Positions 1 through 9,157 of a stretch of DNA of 64,000 nt are shown here, one piece after another. How positions within the stretch are numbered: the first letter of the stretch is position 1; every line of letters starts with the position of its first letter. The translations under genes and the position numbers were made by a program. The notes below the pieces were generated by a model, which was given only the letters and a program-made list of their open reading frames with translations, had not been told where the DNA came from and made no database searches. Origin of the DNA: Myxococcota bacterium (GTDB lineage Bacteria; Myxococcota_A; Polyangia; Polyangiales; JANWZI01); contig JANWZI010000003.1 of the NCBI GenBank assembly GCA_025054695.1, positions 27,698 to 91,697 of the forward strand, in the 5' to 3' direction.

Positions 1-728
1 CGACCGAGCAGGTTGGCGACGTCCTCGGCGCTGACGTACTCGAGCCGGTGCAACCGCGTGATGAAGCGGTCGTCGGCCGGCGCCGCGGCGGCATCGCCGT
101 AGATGGCCAGCGGTTGCGTCTCGATCCCCGCGGATTCGACGATCTTCAAATAGCGTCCCGACGGAACGACGGTCATCCCGTTGAGTTGCAGGATGGACAA
201 GAACGCCTCGTAGGCCTCCGCGGCCGTCACCTGCGTGGGCGCGTACACGGTGGCCTTGATCGAACGGAGCTTGCCGGGAAGGATGAAGCGCTTGCCCGTG
301 ATGGAAGAGATGAGGCGCACCAGATCGGGCAGGTCGGCGTCCTCGAGGTTGAACGTCACGCGCGCGCCGGGGCTCGTGGGCCGGTAATCGATGCCGGTCT
401 CGAACGGCTGTAGATTGCCGGGAAGCGCGGGCGGCGCAGGCCGCGTTCCCGTGCCCGTGCCCGGCGCGGCGGGGGGCCCGGAAGGCGGTCGGGCTTGGCC
501 GTCGGGGGGCTGCCCTTCGCCCGGCGCCGACCCCGTCGGCCCCGTCGGCGTTTGCGGACGTTGCTTCTGCAGCAGAGGCCCAAGCCGATCATCGGGAAGC
601 CGGGGCCGCGGACCGGCCGGTCGTTCCTGCGCGTGGACCAGACCGATGAGCATCGCGCCGGCGCACGCGCCCAGCACGGCGGCGGCCGTGGGCACTGAGA
701 GGGTCGAGGGCAGACGGAAGCGATTCAC
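1..728 (-). CDS. gspD: Type II secretion secretin GspD, N-terminal part (gene runs off the left window edge)
   Basis: Not in the ORF track because it is truncated. Hand translation of the minus strand from GTG at 728 gives VNRFRLPSTLSVPTAAAVLGACAGAMLIGLVHAQ (signal-like), a Pro/Gly linker, then VTFNLEDADLPDLVRLISSITGKRFILPGKLRSIKATVYAPTQVTAAEAYEAFLSILQLNGMTVVPSGRYLKIVES...FITRLHRLEYVSAEDVANLLG. This is the classic secretin N0 domain pattern. The GTG overlaps the gspC stop (GTGA). Confidence 0.8.
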   Translation of the reverse strand, partial: MNRFRLPSTLSVPTAAAVLGACAGAMLIGLVHAQERPAGPRPRLPDDRLGPLLQKQRPQTPTGPTGSAPGEGQPPDGQARPPSGPPAAPGTGTGTRPAPPALPGNLQPFETGIDYRPTSPGARVTFNLEDADLPDLVRLISSITGKRFILPGKLRSIKATVYAPTQVTAAEAYEAFLSILQLNGMTVVPSGRYLKIVESAGIETQPLAIYGDAAAAPADDRFITRLHRLEYVSAEDVANLLG

Positions 729-1735
729 TGGATGTCGTAGTCGAGGGTCATGGGCTGGCCGCGGCGCTCGATCGCGACCGACAGGTGCGGCACATCGCGC
801 AACCGCGCGTACGCCTCGAGTGCGCGGTCGGGCGAGGTCATGTCGAAGCCATTGATGGTGCGCAACATGTCGCCGTTCTGCAGCCCCAGCCGACTGAGCA
901 GCGAGTTGCGCCGGATGCCGTACAGCTTGACGCCGACGACGCGCCCGCCCTCCTCGTGCGGGATGATGCGCGCGGTCCGCATCATCTCGGCCTGGTTCTC
1001 CAGCAGGCGATTGACGAGACTGCGTTGGACGGCGTAGCGCGTGTCGCTGACCTGGCGAATCCCGGCCTCCAAATCCGCCTCGCTGATGCCGCCGCTGGAA
1101 GTGGCCGGCGGCTCGACGAGCGCCACCTCGGCCGGTCGTTCCTGCACGACGGTGGCCGCCGAGGCGATCGGGCCCGAGCCGGGCCGCGCGCCGCCCTGGG
1201 GAGAAAACATGGCGAGCGAGCACAGCGGGCCCGATCCGGGCCGCAGCAGCACCGACGAGGGCAAGATGTCGACGAGCTCGCGTTCGGCGACGCGCATGCC
1301 GCGCCGGTACAGCATCGCCTTGCCGGTCGCGTCCGTGATCGCCGCGAAGGAGCGATCGGGATCGTGCGCGTGAACCACGGCGGCGACGAGCCGAACGGCG
1401 CCCTCGCAGGGCGGGGGCGGAGCGAACGGATCGACCTCGGCCGGCGCGCTTTCCGACGCGGGCTCGGGCTCCTGTTCCCCCGGCGGGGGCCGCGTCAGGT
1501 CACCGCTCGACCGGTCGAAGATGTTCCGCGCGAGAATCCGTGTGCCGTCCACCGTGCGCTGCACGGTGGGCGGCGGGGGCAGCGCATCGCCGCGAGGCCC
1601 GACCGGTGGAATCTCGACCCCGATCAGTGATGCCGCGAGCCACTGCGTCGCGGCGCTCGAAAGGAAATAGCTGCAGAGCGCGATCGTCGCGAGCGTGATG
1701 AGCACCGCCACACGCGTGCGCGCGACTCCAGGCAT
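725..1735 (-). CDS. gspC: Type II secretion system protein GspC (N-terminal TM anchor, Pro-rich linker, C-terminal PDZ-like domain)
   Basis: ORF track, 336 aa. It has a hydrophobic N-terminus (VAVLITLATIALCSYFL). The C-terminal segment GVKLYGIRRNSLLSRLGLQNGDMLRTINGFDM is PDZ-like. It lies immediately upstream of, and is translationally coupled to, the secretin gene. Confidence 0.72.
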   Translation of the reverse strand: MPGVARTRVAVLITLATIALCSYFLSSAATQWLAASLIGVEIPPVGPRGDALPPPPTVQRTVDGTRILARNIFDRSSGDLTRPPPGEQEPEPASESAPAEVDPFAPPPPCEGAVRLVAAVVHAHDPDRSFAAITDATGKAMLYRRGMRVAERELVDILPSSVLLRPGSGPLCSLAMFSPQGGARPGSGPIASAATVVQERPAEVALVEPPATSSGGISEADLEAGIRQVSDTRYAVQRSLVNRLLENQAEMMRTARIIPHEEGGRVVGVKLYGIRRNSLLSRLGLQNGDMLRTINGFDMTSPDRALEAYARLRDVPHLSVAIERRGQPMTLDYDIQ

Positions 1736-1752
1736 CGACCGGGATCGGTATC

Positions 1753-1767
1753 AGCAACTATCGTGCC
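1753..1767 (-). promoter_or_regulatory. Candidate sigma54 (-24/-12) promoter for gspC-gspD
   Basis: The minus strand reads aGGCACGATAGTTGCTg. The consensus is TGGCACG-N4-TTGCW. GG and GC have the exact N10 spacing and only the first T is missing. An unusually AT-rich tract (1771-1796) lies just upstream, and a GAFTGA-containing activator gene lies 300 bp upstream. The predicted start site is only about 7 nt before the annotated ATG, so the true gspC start may be further downstream. Confidence 0.5.
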
Positions 1768-1884
1768 TCGAAATAATTTCCTGTAGTTTCGATGAGATCG
1801 GTGGACGACCCCGACCGTCATCCGCAGCTGAATCCGACAGCGTGACAGGAGCTGGCCGCGCATCGGACAAACTGGCAGAAGCGT

Positions 1885-2068
1885 TCTCGGACTCGGGCTC
1901 AGGCTCGGACTCCGACTTGGACTCGGGCCCGGACTTCGGGCTCGGGCTCGGGCTCGGGCTCGGGTTCGGACTCGAGCTTGGAGTTGGCCTCGGGCTCAGG
2001 CTCAAACTCTGACTTGGACTCGGGCCCGGACTTCGGACTCGGTCTCGATCTCCGAGTCGCGCTCGGTC
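1885..2068 (+). repeat. Hexamer-periodic intergenic repeat array R1 (for all R arrays, strand = the strand on which units read GRCTCG)
   Basis: A run of imperfect 6-nt units (GGCTCG, GACTCG, GACTTG, GGCCCG, GGTTCG). It lies between the gspC start (1735) and the activator stop (2081). GACTTGGACTCGGGCCCGGACTTCGG occurs twice (about 1914 and 2011). Boundaries are approximate to within 10 nt. Confidence 0.9.
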
Positions 2069-2080
2069 GTTGCCCCGTGG

Positions 2081-3508
2081 TCACTCCGTGCCGACGCGCC
2101 GGTAGATGGTCCGCGCGCTGATGCCGAGAAGCCGCGCCGCGGCCTGCTTGTCACCCCCGGTGTGCGCGAGCGTCGCCGCGATGACGCGCCGCTCGATCTC
2201 GTCCAGAGGCGTGCCGATCGCGAAGCTCAACATGCCCGCAGGACCGCCTGCGGGCTCGACGACCGACGGCGGAAGGTCGTCGAGGCCGAGCCTGCCGTCG
2301 CGATCGAGGACCACGGCCCGCTCGACGGCGTTCTCGAGCTCGCGCACGTTGCCCGGCCATTCGTAGGCGATGAGCCGGTCCAGTGCCTCGCGCGTCACTT
2401 CGAGGCGCGTCCGATCGTTCTTGCGCGCATACACGTCGAGGAAGTGATCGACGAGGAGCGGCACGTCGTCGCGCCGCTCCCGCAGCGGTGGGCAGGAAAT
2501 GGTGATGACGTGGAGGCGGTAGTAGAGGTCCTCCCGGAATTCCCCCGCGCGGACCATCTCGCGCAGATCGCGATGGGTCGCGGCCACCAGGCGGAAGCTC
2601 GCCCGCTGCGTGCGGCCGCCCAGCGGCTCGTATTCGCCCTCCTGCAGCACGCGCAGCAACTTGACCTGCACGGCGGGTGACAGATCCCCGACCTCGTCGA
2701 GAAACAGGGTGCCCCCCGCGGCCTGCGCGATGCGTCCCTCGCGGCGCGCGTGCGCGCCGGTGAACGCCCCCTTCTCGTGGCCGAACAGCTCCGCTTCGAC
2801 GATGGTCTCGGGCAGCGCCGCCAGGTGCACCGGCACGAACGCCCCCGTCCGGCCGCTCTCGGCGTGCAGCAGCCGCGCGACGAGCTCCTTGCCCGTGCCG
2901 CTCTCGCCGACGATGAGCACGGTGGCCGAGGACGGCGCGGCCTGCCGCGCGATTTGCAACGCGTGGCGCAAGGCAGGCGAGGAGCCGACGATGGGCCGGG
3001 CGCGCAGCGCCGAGAGCTCCTCGCGCAGCGTGCGGTTCTCGGCGACGAGCGAGCGGCGCTCGGCGGCCTTGCGGATGGTTTTGACGAGATGGACGCGCCG
3101 CAGCGGCTTCTCGAGGAAGTCGTACGCGCCGCGACGCATCGCCTCGACGGCCGTCTCGATGGTGCCGTACGCGGTCATCACGACGACCTCGCTGTCCGGA
3201 GAGACGGTCTCGAGCGCCTCGAGCAGCTCGAGGCCGTCGCTGCCCGGCATCATCAGATCGGTCAGAACCACATGGACCCGGTGCGTCCGGGCCAGCTCGA
3301 GCGCCTGCCGGACCGAGTCGGCGACCAGAACGCGCATGCCCTCCCGTGTCAGCAGCTTCTCGAGCGACTCGAGGTTGGCGCGGTCGTCGTCGACGACGAG
3401 TACCGTCGTCGTCTCCGCGGCCTCGGACGAACCGGCGAGGGTCTGCGCCACGGTTCGCAGGATGATGCGCGGATCGCCTCGGCTCAACGCGGACCCCGTG
3501 CCCGGCAT
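2081..3508 (-). CDS. Sigma54-dependent response regulator (NtrC family enhancer-binding protein)
   Basis: This is the C-terminal 475 aa of the 628 aa track ORF; the start was refined to ATG at 3508 (MPGTGS...). It has a receiver domain (VLVVDDD...VVLTDLMMPG). The AAA+ domain has Walker A GESGTGKE and the sigma54-contact motif GAFTGA. There is a C-terminal Fis-type HTH (AARLLGISARTIYRRV). Confidence 0.93.
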   Translation of the reverse strand: MPGTGSALSRGDPRIILRTVAQTLAGSSEAAETTTVLVVDDDRANLESLEKLLTREGMRVLVADSVRQALELARTHRVHVVLTDLMMPGSDGLELLEALETVSPDSEVVVMTAYGTIETAVEAMRRGAYDFLEKPLRRVHLVKTIRKAAERRSLVAENRTLREELSALRARPIVGSSPALRHALQIARQAAPSSATVLIVGESGTGKELVARLLHAESGRTGAFVPVHLAALPETIVEAELFGHEKGAFTGAHARREGRIAQAAGGTLFLDEVGDLSPAVQVKLLRVLQEGEYEPLGGRTQRASFRLVAATHRDLREMVRAGEFREDLYYRLHVITISCPPLRERRDDVPLLVDHFLDVYARKNDRTRLEVTREALDRLIAYEWPGNVRELENAVERAVVLDRDGRLGLDDLPPSVVEPAGGPAGMLSFAIGTPLDEIERRVIAATLAHTGGDKQAAARLLGISARTIYRRVGTE

Positions 3509-3605
3509 CGCGGTCGCATCTCGCACGGCGCCCCGAACGAACCGTGCGTTGTGGCGCACGGTCGTCCGACGTACTAGCGTCGCGGCCACCGGAGGTGGAG
3601 AAGAC

Positions 3606-4325
3606 ATGGTGGCCCGCGACACGCCGATCCGTTCGTCGCTCCTCGCGACCGTCCTTGCCAGCCTCGGGGCCCTGGCCGCGCCATCCGCCCGAGCCCAGAC
3701 CGAGCCGGCCTCGCCGACCGGTGGCTCGAGCGGAGCCCGCCTCGCGCTCCAGGCCCGCGTAGACGCATTCAACGTCGTCAACGAGGGCTTCTCCATTCGT
3801 GGAGGCCTGCTCGGGGACTTCGTGTTCGAGGGTATTTTCTTGCCGACGGCGACCGTCGGCGCACGGCTGCTCGACGGCAAGCTCTTCGTCGGCCTCGGAT
3901 TCGGCCAGTACGCGTTCGGCAGCGAGGACTGCGAGAACGACGACTGCAGCGAGTTCGACGAGACCACGACGAGCGGCTACTCGTTCACGCCGCTGGCCTC
4001 CTTCGACCTGCTCTCGGACGGCGGCGGCGCGCTGTACGCATTGGGCGCGCTCACCGTCGGGACGCTCGGAGACACCACGCAGGTCAGCGTGCGGGGCGGA
4101 TCGCGCACGACCACGGAGCGCGACGGGGCGTTCCTGTTCGGCGTCAACCTCGGCGTCGGACTGCGGGGCCTCGTCTCCAGGGGCGCGGCAATCGGTGGCG
4201 AGTTCGGATGGGGGTATGCTTCCGGCTCGCTCGAGGCCGATCCGGACACCGACTCGGACGACCAGTCCTTTTTCCTCCACGGATTCTTCGGCACGCTGCT
4301 CTTCGAAGGGAGCGTGGGGCTCTGA
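3606..4325 (+). CDS. Small secreted outer-membrane beta-barrel-like protein (hypothetical)
   Basis: Start refined to ATG 3606, preceded by GGAGGTGGAG. It has a signal peptide (MVARDTPIRSSLLATVLASLGALAAPSARAQ). The mature part is Gly/aromatic rich and ends in ...GFFGTLLFEGSVGL, like small OMP barrels. It is divergent from the activator gene. Confidence 0.6.
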   Translation: MVARDTPIRSSLLATVLASLGALAAPSARAQTEPASPTGGSSGARLALQARVDAFNVVNEGFSIRGGLLGDFVFEGIFLPTATVGARLLDGKLFVGLGFGQYAFGSEDCENDDCSEFDETTTSGYSFTPLASFDLLSDGGGALYALGALTVGTLGDTTQVSVRGGSRTTTERDGAFLFGVNLGVGLRGLVSRGAAIGGEFGWGYASGSLEADPDTDSDDQSFFLHGFFGTLLFEGSVGL

Positions 4326-4380
4326 CCGGCCCGGCGCACACGGCGAGCAAGGCCGCAAGCGATGCTGGTACAAGCGTGGG

Positions 4381-4605
4381 CCCGAGTCGGCGTTCATGAC
4401 CGAGTCCACATTCGACCCCGGGTCGGAGTCGGAATCCGAGCCCGAGACCGAGCCCGAGTCCGAGCCTAAGTCCGTGCCCGAATCGGAGTCCGAGTCCGAG
4501 CCCGGGCCCGAGTCCGAGTCAGAGTCCATGACCGAGTTCTCGTTCGACCCCGGGTCGGAGTCGGAATCCGAGCCCCAGTCCGAGTCCAGGCCCGAGGGCG
4601 ACTCC
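4381..4605 (-). repeat. Hexamer-periodic intergenic repeat array R2
   Basis: The + strand reads CCGAGT/CCGAGC/CCGAGA units. It lies between the OMP-like gene stop (4325) and the purH start (4714). A 49-nt block CATGACCGAGT(C/T)C(A/T)C(A/G)TTCGACCCCGGGTCGGAGTCGGAATCCGAGCCC recurs exactly 132 bp apart (4395 and 4527). Confidence 0.9.
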
Positions 4606-4713
4606 AATCGCCGACGCCGTGCGACCGACGTCGATGCACGCAATCCGCGCAACGAAACCCGTGACGGCGACCGTCCTGCACGCCCCGCGCGCACAGGTTG
4701 ATTCGGGGAACCG

Positions 4714-6264
4714 ATGAACCGAATCCGGCGTGCGCTGATCTCGGTGTCCGACCGACGGGGGCTCATCGAGCTGGCCCGCGCCCTCGTCACCCACGGCGTC
4801 GAGATCCTTTCGACCGGGGGCACGGCCCGCGCGCTGCGCGAGCACGGCGTCGAGGCGACCGACGTCGAACGATACACGGGTGCTCCGGAAATCCTCGACG
4901 GCCGCGTCAAGACCCTTCATCCGCGCGTACACGGCGGCATCCTGGCGCGCGATCTCGCCGAGGACCGCCACCAGCTCGCGCAGATTGGCGGCGCGCCGAT
5001 CGATCTGGTCTGTGTCAACCTCTACCCATTCGAGGAAGCACTCCGAGCGGGCGCCACGACCACCGAGCTCGTCGAGCGCATCGACGTGGGCGGCCCCGCG
5101 ATGGTGCGCGCGGCGGCCAAGAACCACGCGCGCGTCACCGTACTTGTCGATCCCGACGACTATCCCGTCGTGATCGCATCGCTGCCGGGCGCCCCCCCCG
5201 ACGAGATTCGCCGGCGACTGGCGGCGCGCGCCTTCGCACGCACCGCGAGCTACGACGCCGCCATCGCCCGCTGGCTCGCGTCGACCGTCGCCGAGTCCGA
5301 CTCGCCGTGGCCCGAGACCCTCGTGCTCGCCTGGCGCAGGGCCCAGGTCTGCCGCTACGGGGAGAACCCGCACCAGCGCGCGGCTTTTTACATCGAGCCC
5401 GCCCCGCAGCCCGGTTCGCTCGCAGCCGCGCGCTCGCTCGGCGCAGGGGGCAAGGAGCTTTCGTACAACAACCTCGTCGATCTGGACGCCGCGCTCGAAG
5501 CGGTGCGGGACCTGGAGGGCCCGGCCGCCGTGATCGTCAAGCACGCCACACCCTGCGGCGCGGCCACCGCGGCGGACCTCGAAACGGCGTTCCGGCACGC
5601 CCGCGAAGCCGACGCGCAGAGCGCGTTCGGTGGGATCGTGGCGCTGAACCGCCCGTGCGACGCCTCGACGGCGGCCGCGCTGCTCGAATCCTTCGTCGAA
5701 TGCGTGGCGGCCCCCGCCTTCGAGCCCGACGCGCTCGAGCGGCTGCGCGAACGTCGCAACCTCCGCATCGTCGAGACGGGCCCGTTGCCGCCGCCCGACG
5801 CCCGCGGCACGGTGATTCGTTCGGTCGGCGGTGGGCTGCTCGTGGCCGACCGCGATGCGACGGCCGCCGGCGAAGTCGCGGCGGCGCGCGTGGTCAGTCG
5901 CCGGCCCCCCACGCAAGCGGAGCGCGACGCGCTCGACTTCGCGTGGCGTATCTGCAAGCACGTGCGGAGCAACGCCATCGTGATCGCGCGTGAGGGGCGG
6001 ACCGTCGGCATCGGCGGTGGGCAGACCTCGCGCGTCGGCGCCGTCGAGGCCGCGCTCGCCCGAGCCGGTGCAGCGGCGCACGGTGCGGTGCTCGCCTCCG
6101 ACGGGTTCTTTCCCTTTCCCGACGGCGTCGAACGCGCGCTCGCCGCCGGAGTGACCGCGTTCGTCCAGCCCGGCGGCAGCGTCCGCGACGCCGAAGTCGT
6201 CGCGGCCGTCGATGCGGCCGGCGCCACGATGCTCTGCACCGGTGTGCGGCATTTCCGGCACTGA
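4714..6264 (+). CDS. purH: Bifunctional AICAR formyltransferase / IMP cyclohydrolase
   Basis: ORF track, 516 aa. It has an MGS-like N-terminus (ALISVSDRRGLIELAR...LSTGGTA) and the motif KTLHPRVHGGIL. It is colinear with PurH through the C-terminal ...GGSVRDAEVVAAVDAAGATMLCTGVRHFRH. Confidence 0.97.
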   Translation: MNRIRRALISVSDRRGLIELARALVTHGVEILSTGGTARALREHGVEATDVERYTGAPEILDGRVKTLHPRVHGGILARDLAEDRHQLAQIGGAPIDLVCVNLYPFEEALRAGATTTELVERIDVGGPAMVRAAAKNHARVTVLVDPDDYPVVIASLPGAPPDEIRRRLAARAFARTASYDAAIARWLASTVAESDSPWPETLVLAWRRAQVCRYGENPHQRAAFYIEPAPQPGSLAAARSLGAGGKELSYNNLVDLDAALEAVRDLEGPAAVIVKHATPCGAATAADLETAFRHAREADAQSAFGGIVALNRPCDASTAAALLESFVECVAAPAFEPDALERLRERRNLRIVETGPLPPPDARGTVIRSVGGGLLVADRDATAAGEVAAARVVSRRPPTQAERDALDFAWRICKHVRSNAIVIAREGRTVGIGGGQTSRVGAVEAALARAGAAAHGAVLASDGFFPFPDGVERALAAGVTAFVQPGGSVRDAEVVAAVDAAGATMLCTGVRHFRH

Positions 6265-6420
6265 AAGCGCCAAACGGAGGGATTGATGCACGCAGACGTT
6301 CCGGTTTGCGGTCTGCGGCGGCACCTCGGCTCTCCCGGGCGGTCCGCGGTCCGGCGATCCCACCGTTGCCACGACGCAGTGCCCGCCGCGGGTCTCCACG
6401 GGAGTACGGCGCATCCGCCC

Positions 6421-7167
6421 ATGCGCGCGCACCGGGCTCCGGGCGGAGCCAATCGTCGATGGCCACGTTCGCGAGGCTTGCTGGCGCCTCCCACCGTGTT
6501 CCTCCTGGCCGTCGGGATGGGTTGTGCGGGCGCGCCTGCCACGCACCCGACGGCCGGTGCCCATCCGTCGACCCGCTATCGAGTCGGTGATTACGTCGTG
6601 TACGAGTACCGGGGGGCCTGGACGACCGCGCCGGTCATCCTCCGCGAGCGGGTCACGGCTCGAGAGGGCAATCGCTTGCGCATCGACGTGACGGCCGAGC
6701 GTGGGTCCGAGGTGAGGCGCTGGGTCCAAGTCGTCGTCGACACCCCTGAAAACCAGCGCAACAACGTCGTCGACGCTCTCTACGAAGCACGCGACGACGG
6801 GTTCGTGCGGCTGCCGAACGAAGGCAATCGCGACCTGTTCCGGCTTTACGAATGGGTGCGATTCGAGCCCGATGGGCCCGCGACGGATGTCCAGACCGTG
6901 TCCTGTGAACGCTCGTTCGGCGGACGCATCCACGCGTGCACGTGCACCCGAGGCCGCACGCGATGGAACGGCCGCCCGGTCGTCCTCGACCAGGCTCGGT
7001 GCCCGGACTTTCTCTGGACCCACGGACCGGGGGGCTTCCGCGACCCGACCACGGGAGAAGAAGTGTTCTGGATCGACGTGCTCGAATCGGGGCGTCACGC
7101 GGACGCTCGCGCCGAGCCGATGGAACCGATGCCCCTCGTCGAAGCGACCGCTCCGGCCGTTCGATGA
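6421..7167 (+). CDS. Hypothetical lipoprotein
   Basis: Same frame as track ORF 6283..7167. I prefer the ATG at 6421 (MRAHRAPGG...LLAPPTVFLLAVGMGCAG, lipobox-like). I recognise no family. The stop overlaps the hemW start (ATGA). Confidence 0.5.
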   Translation: MRAHRAPGGANRRWPRSRGLLAPPTVFLLAVGMGCAGAPATHPTAGAHPSTRYRVGDYVVYEYRGAWTTAPVILRERVTAREGNRLRIDVTAERGSEVRRWVQVVVDTPENQRNNVVDALYEARDDGFVRLPNEGNRDLFRLYEWVRFEPDGPATDVQTVSCERSFGGRIHACTCTRGRTRWNGRPVVLDQARCPDFLWTHGPGGFRDPTTGEEVFWIDVLESGRHADARAEPMEPMPLVEATAPAVR

Positions 7168-8372
7168 CGGGCACGATTGCGGCGCGCCACGGCCCGCACG
7201 ATGCACCGAGCGGCGAGGCGCAGGCCACGAGCGTCTACGTCCACGTACCGTGGTGCGTGCGCCGGTGCCCGTACTGCGATTTCGCCACGCGCGCGGTCGA
7301 GCCGGCCGCGATCGCGCACGAGCGATACGCCGACGCGATTCTGCGAGAGCTCGAACGGCGCGCACCCGCGCTCGAGGGGCGGCGGCTCGTCTCGGTGTTC
7401 TTCGGGGGTGGAACGCCTTCGCTGTGGAACCCTCAGGCGTTGGGTCGGGTGTTGCGCGGAATCGTCGGGGCGTTCGGCGCTCGGCTCGGCGAGCTGGAGG
7501 TCAGCGTCGAGTGCAATCCCGGCTCGTTCGAGGACGATCGCGCCGCGCAACTGGTCGAGGTGGGCGTGACGCGACTGTCCATCGGGGTCCAGTCCCTCGA
7601 CGAAGCGACGCTCGCGTTTCTCGGTCGGGCGCACGACGCGCGCCAGGCCCTGCGCTCCGTACGAAGCGCCTCGGAGTGCGGTGCGGCGGTGAGCGCCGAT
7701 CTCATCATCGGCGTGGCCACGCTCAGCGCGATGGAAACTGCCGCTCAAGTCGCGCCGCTCGTCGAGGCGGGCGCGCGCCACGTCTCGGCCTACGTGCTCA
7801 CCATCGAGCCGGGGACGCGGTTCGGCGCCCTGCACCGCGCCGGTCGGCTGCCGATCCGCACCGAGGACGACGTCGTCGAGACGTACTGGCGGCTCGCCGA
7901 CGCCTGCGCGGCTGTGGGCCTCGAGCACTACGAGGTGAGCAATCACGCCGCCCCCGGTCAGCGCTGCGTGCACAACCTGCACTACTGGCGAGCCGGCGAC
8001 TACGTGGGCCTGGGCGCCGCGGCGGTCGGCTGTCTCCTCGAGACCCCGGGGCGCGCACGCCGCTGGCGCAACGAGCCCGACCCCGACCGCTACATGGCGC
8101 TCGTCGAAGCGGGCCGCCTGCCCGAAGCGGACGAGGAGCGGCTGGGGCCCGCCGAGCTGGTGCGCGAGGGACTCATGCTCGGCCTGCGAACCGACGAGGG
8201 CGCCGACATGCGCGCCCTGGCACGACGCGCGGGCGTCGAGCCATCGCACGGGCGCGCGCAGGCCATCGCGCGGCGGATCGAGCGGGGCGATCTCGTGCGC
8301 GACGAGCAGCGGCTGCGGGTTCCCCGATCGCGCTGGCTTGTGCTCGATTCGATCGTCGTCGATTTGTTCTGA
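7164..8372 (+). CDS. hemW: Radical SAM heme chaperone HemW (HemN-like, oxygen-independent coproporphyrinogen oxidase family)
   Basis: Start refined to ATG 7164 within track ORF 6936..8372. It has the radical SAM CxxxCxxC motif (WCVRRCPYCDF). GGGTPS and the HemN C-terminal region are present. Confidence 0.88.
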   Translation: MTGTIAARHGPHDAPSGEAQATSVYVHVPWCVRRCPYCDFATRAVEPAAIAHERYADAILRELERRAPALEGRRLVSVFFGGGTPSLWNPQALGRVLRGIVGAFGARLGELEVSVECNPGSFEDDRAAQLVEVGVTRLSIGVQSLDEATLAFLGRAHDARQALRSVRSASECGAAVSADLIIGVATLSAMETAAQVAPLVEAGARHVSAYVLTIEPGTRFGALHRAGRLPIRTEDDVVETYWRLADACAAVGLEHYEVSNHAAPGQRCVHNLHYWRAGDYVGLGAAAVGCLLETPGRARRWRNEPDPDRYMALVEAGRLPEADEERLGPAELVREGLMLGLRTDEGADMRALARRAGVEPSHGRAQAIARRIERGDLVRDEQRLRVPRSRWLVLDSIVVDLF

Positions 8373-8497
8373 CGAATGCGTCTGCGGATGGCAGCGCGGG
8401 ATGGTGCCATGCCCGAACCTGCGCGTGAGCGTTCTCGGTGCGGGCTGGCCCCCATCGGGGCTCCTGAAGCCACGTTCCGAGGTAGCCTGCGCGCGGC

Positions 8498-9157
8498 GTG
8501 GCCGCGCCCGTCGAGACGCGTGATCTGGTCAAGGTTTGGGGCGCGACGCGCGCGCTCGCGGGCGTCAGCATCCGGTTCGAACCGGCCACCATCACCGCCG
8601 TGCTCGGCCCCAACGGCTCGGGCAAGAGCACCCTGCTCGCGTTGCTCGCCGGACTCGTCCGCCCTTCGTCCGGACGCGTGTTGTGGAACGGACGGGACGT
8701 GCGCCGGCTCTCCGCCGATTGGCGAGCGCGCGTGGGAATCGTCGGCCACGCCCCGATGCTCTATCCCGAGCTGACCGCACGCGAGAATCTGCGCGTGATG
8801 GCGACCTTGCACGGGCTTGCGGACGCGACCCGGCGCGTCGAGCGCGCCCTCGACCGCTTCGAAGCGGGCTCCTTCGCCGACCGCGCATTGGGACGCTGCT
8901 CGCGCGGCCAGGTCCAGCGCGTCGCGCTCGCCCGCGCCCTGCTGCACGCGCCCGATCTGTTGCTGCTCGACGAGCCGTCCACCGGCCTCGACGTCGCGAG
9001 CACGGCGCGCCTGGAGCAGGCGGTGCGCGAGGAACGCGACCGCGGCGCCGTGGTGGTGCTGGTGACGCACGACGAGGGCCTCGCCACGCGACTCGCGGAC
9101 CGCGTCGTGCGCCTGCAACGGGGTCGGCTCGTCGCCGAGGAGCCGGAGGCGCCGTGA
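8498..9157 (+). CDS. ccmA: ABC transporter ATP-binding protein, CcmA-like (heme exporter)
   Basis: ORF track, 219 aa. It has Walker A GPNGSGKST, the signature CSRGQVQRVALARA and Walker B LLLLDEP. It is coupled (GTGA) to a CcmB-like membrane protein and follows hemW. Confidence 0.75.
   Translation: MAAPVETRDLVKVWGATRALAGVSIRFEPATITAVLGPNGSGKSTLLALLAGLVRPSSGRVLWNGRDVRRLSADWRARVGIVGHAPMLYPELTARENLRVMATLHGLADATRRVERALDRFEAGSFADRALGRCSRGQVQRVALARALLHAPDLLLLDEPSTGLDVASTARLEQAVREERDRGAVVVLVTHDEGLATRLADRVVRLQRGRLVAEEPEAP

Noticed and set aside
4606-4713. ZTP (pfl) riboswitch upstream of purH.
   Set aside because: purH is a frequent ZTP riboswitch target, so I looked for the conserved GGGUCGUGAC and CCGCCUGGGC-type elements. 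Neither is present. The leader is mostly the tail of repeat R2 plus unstructured sequence.
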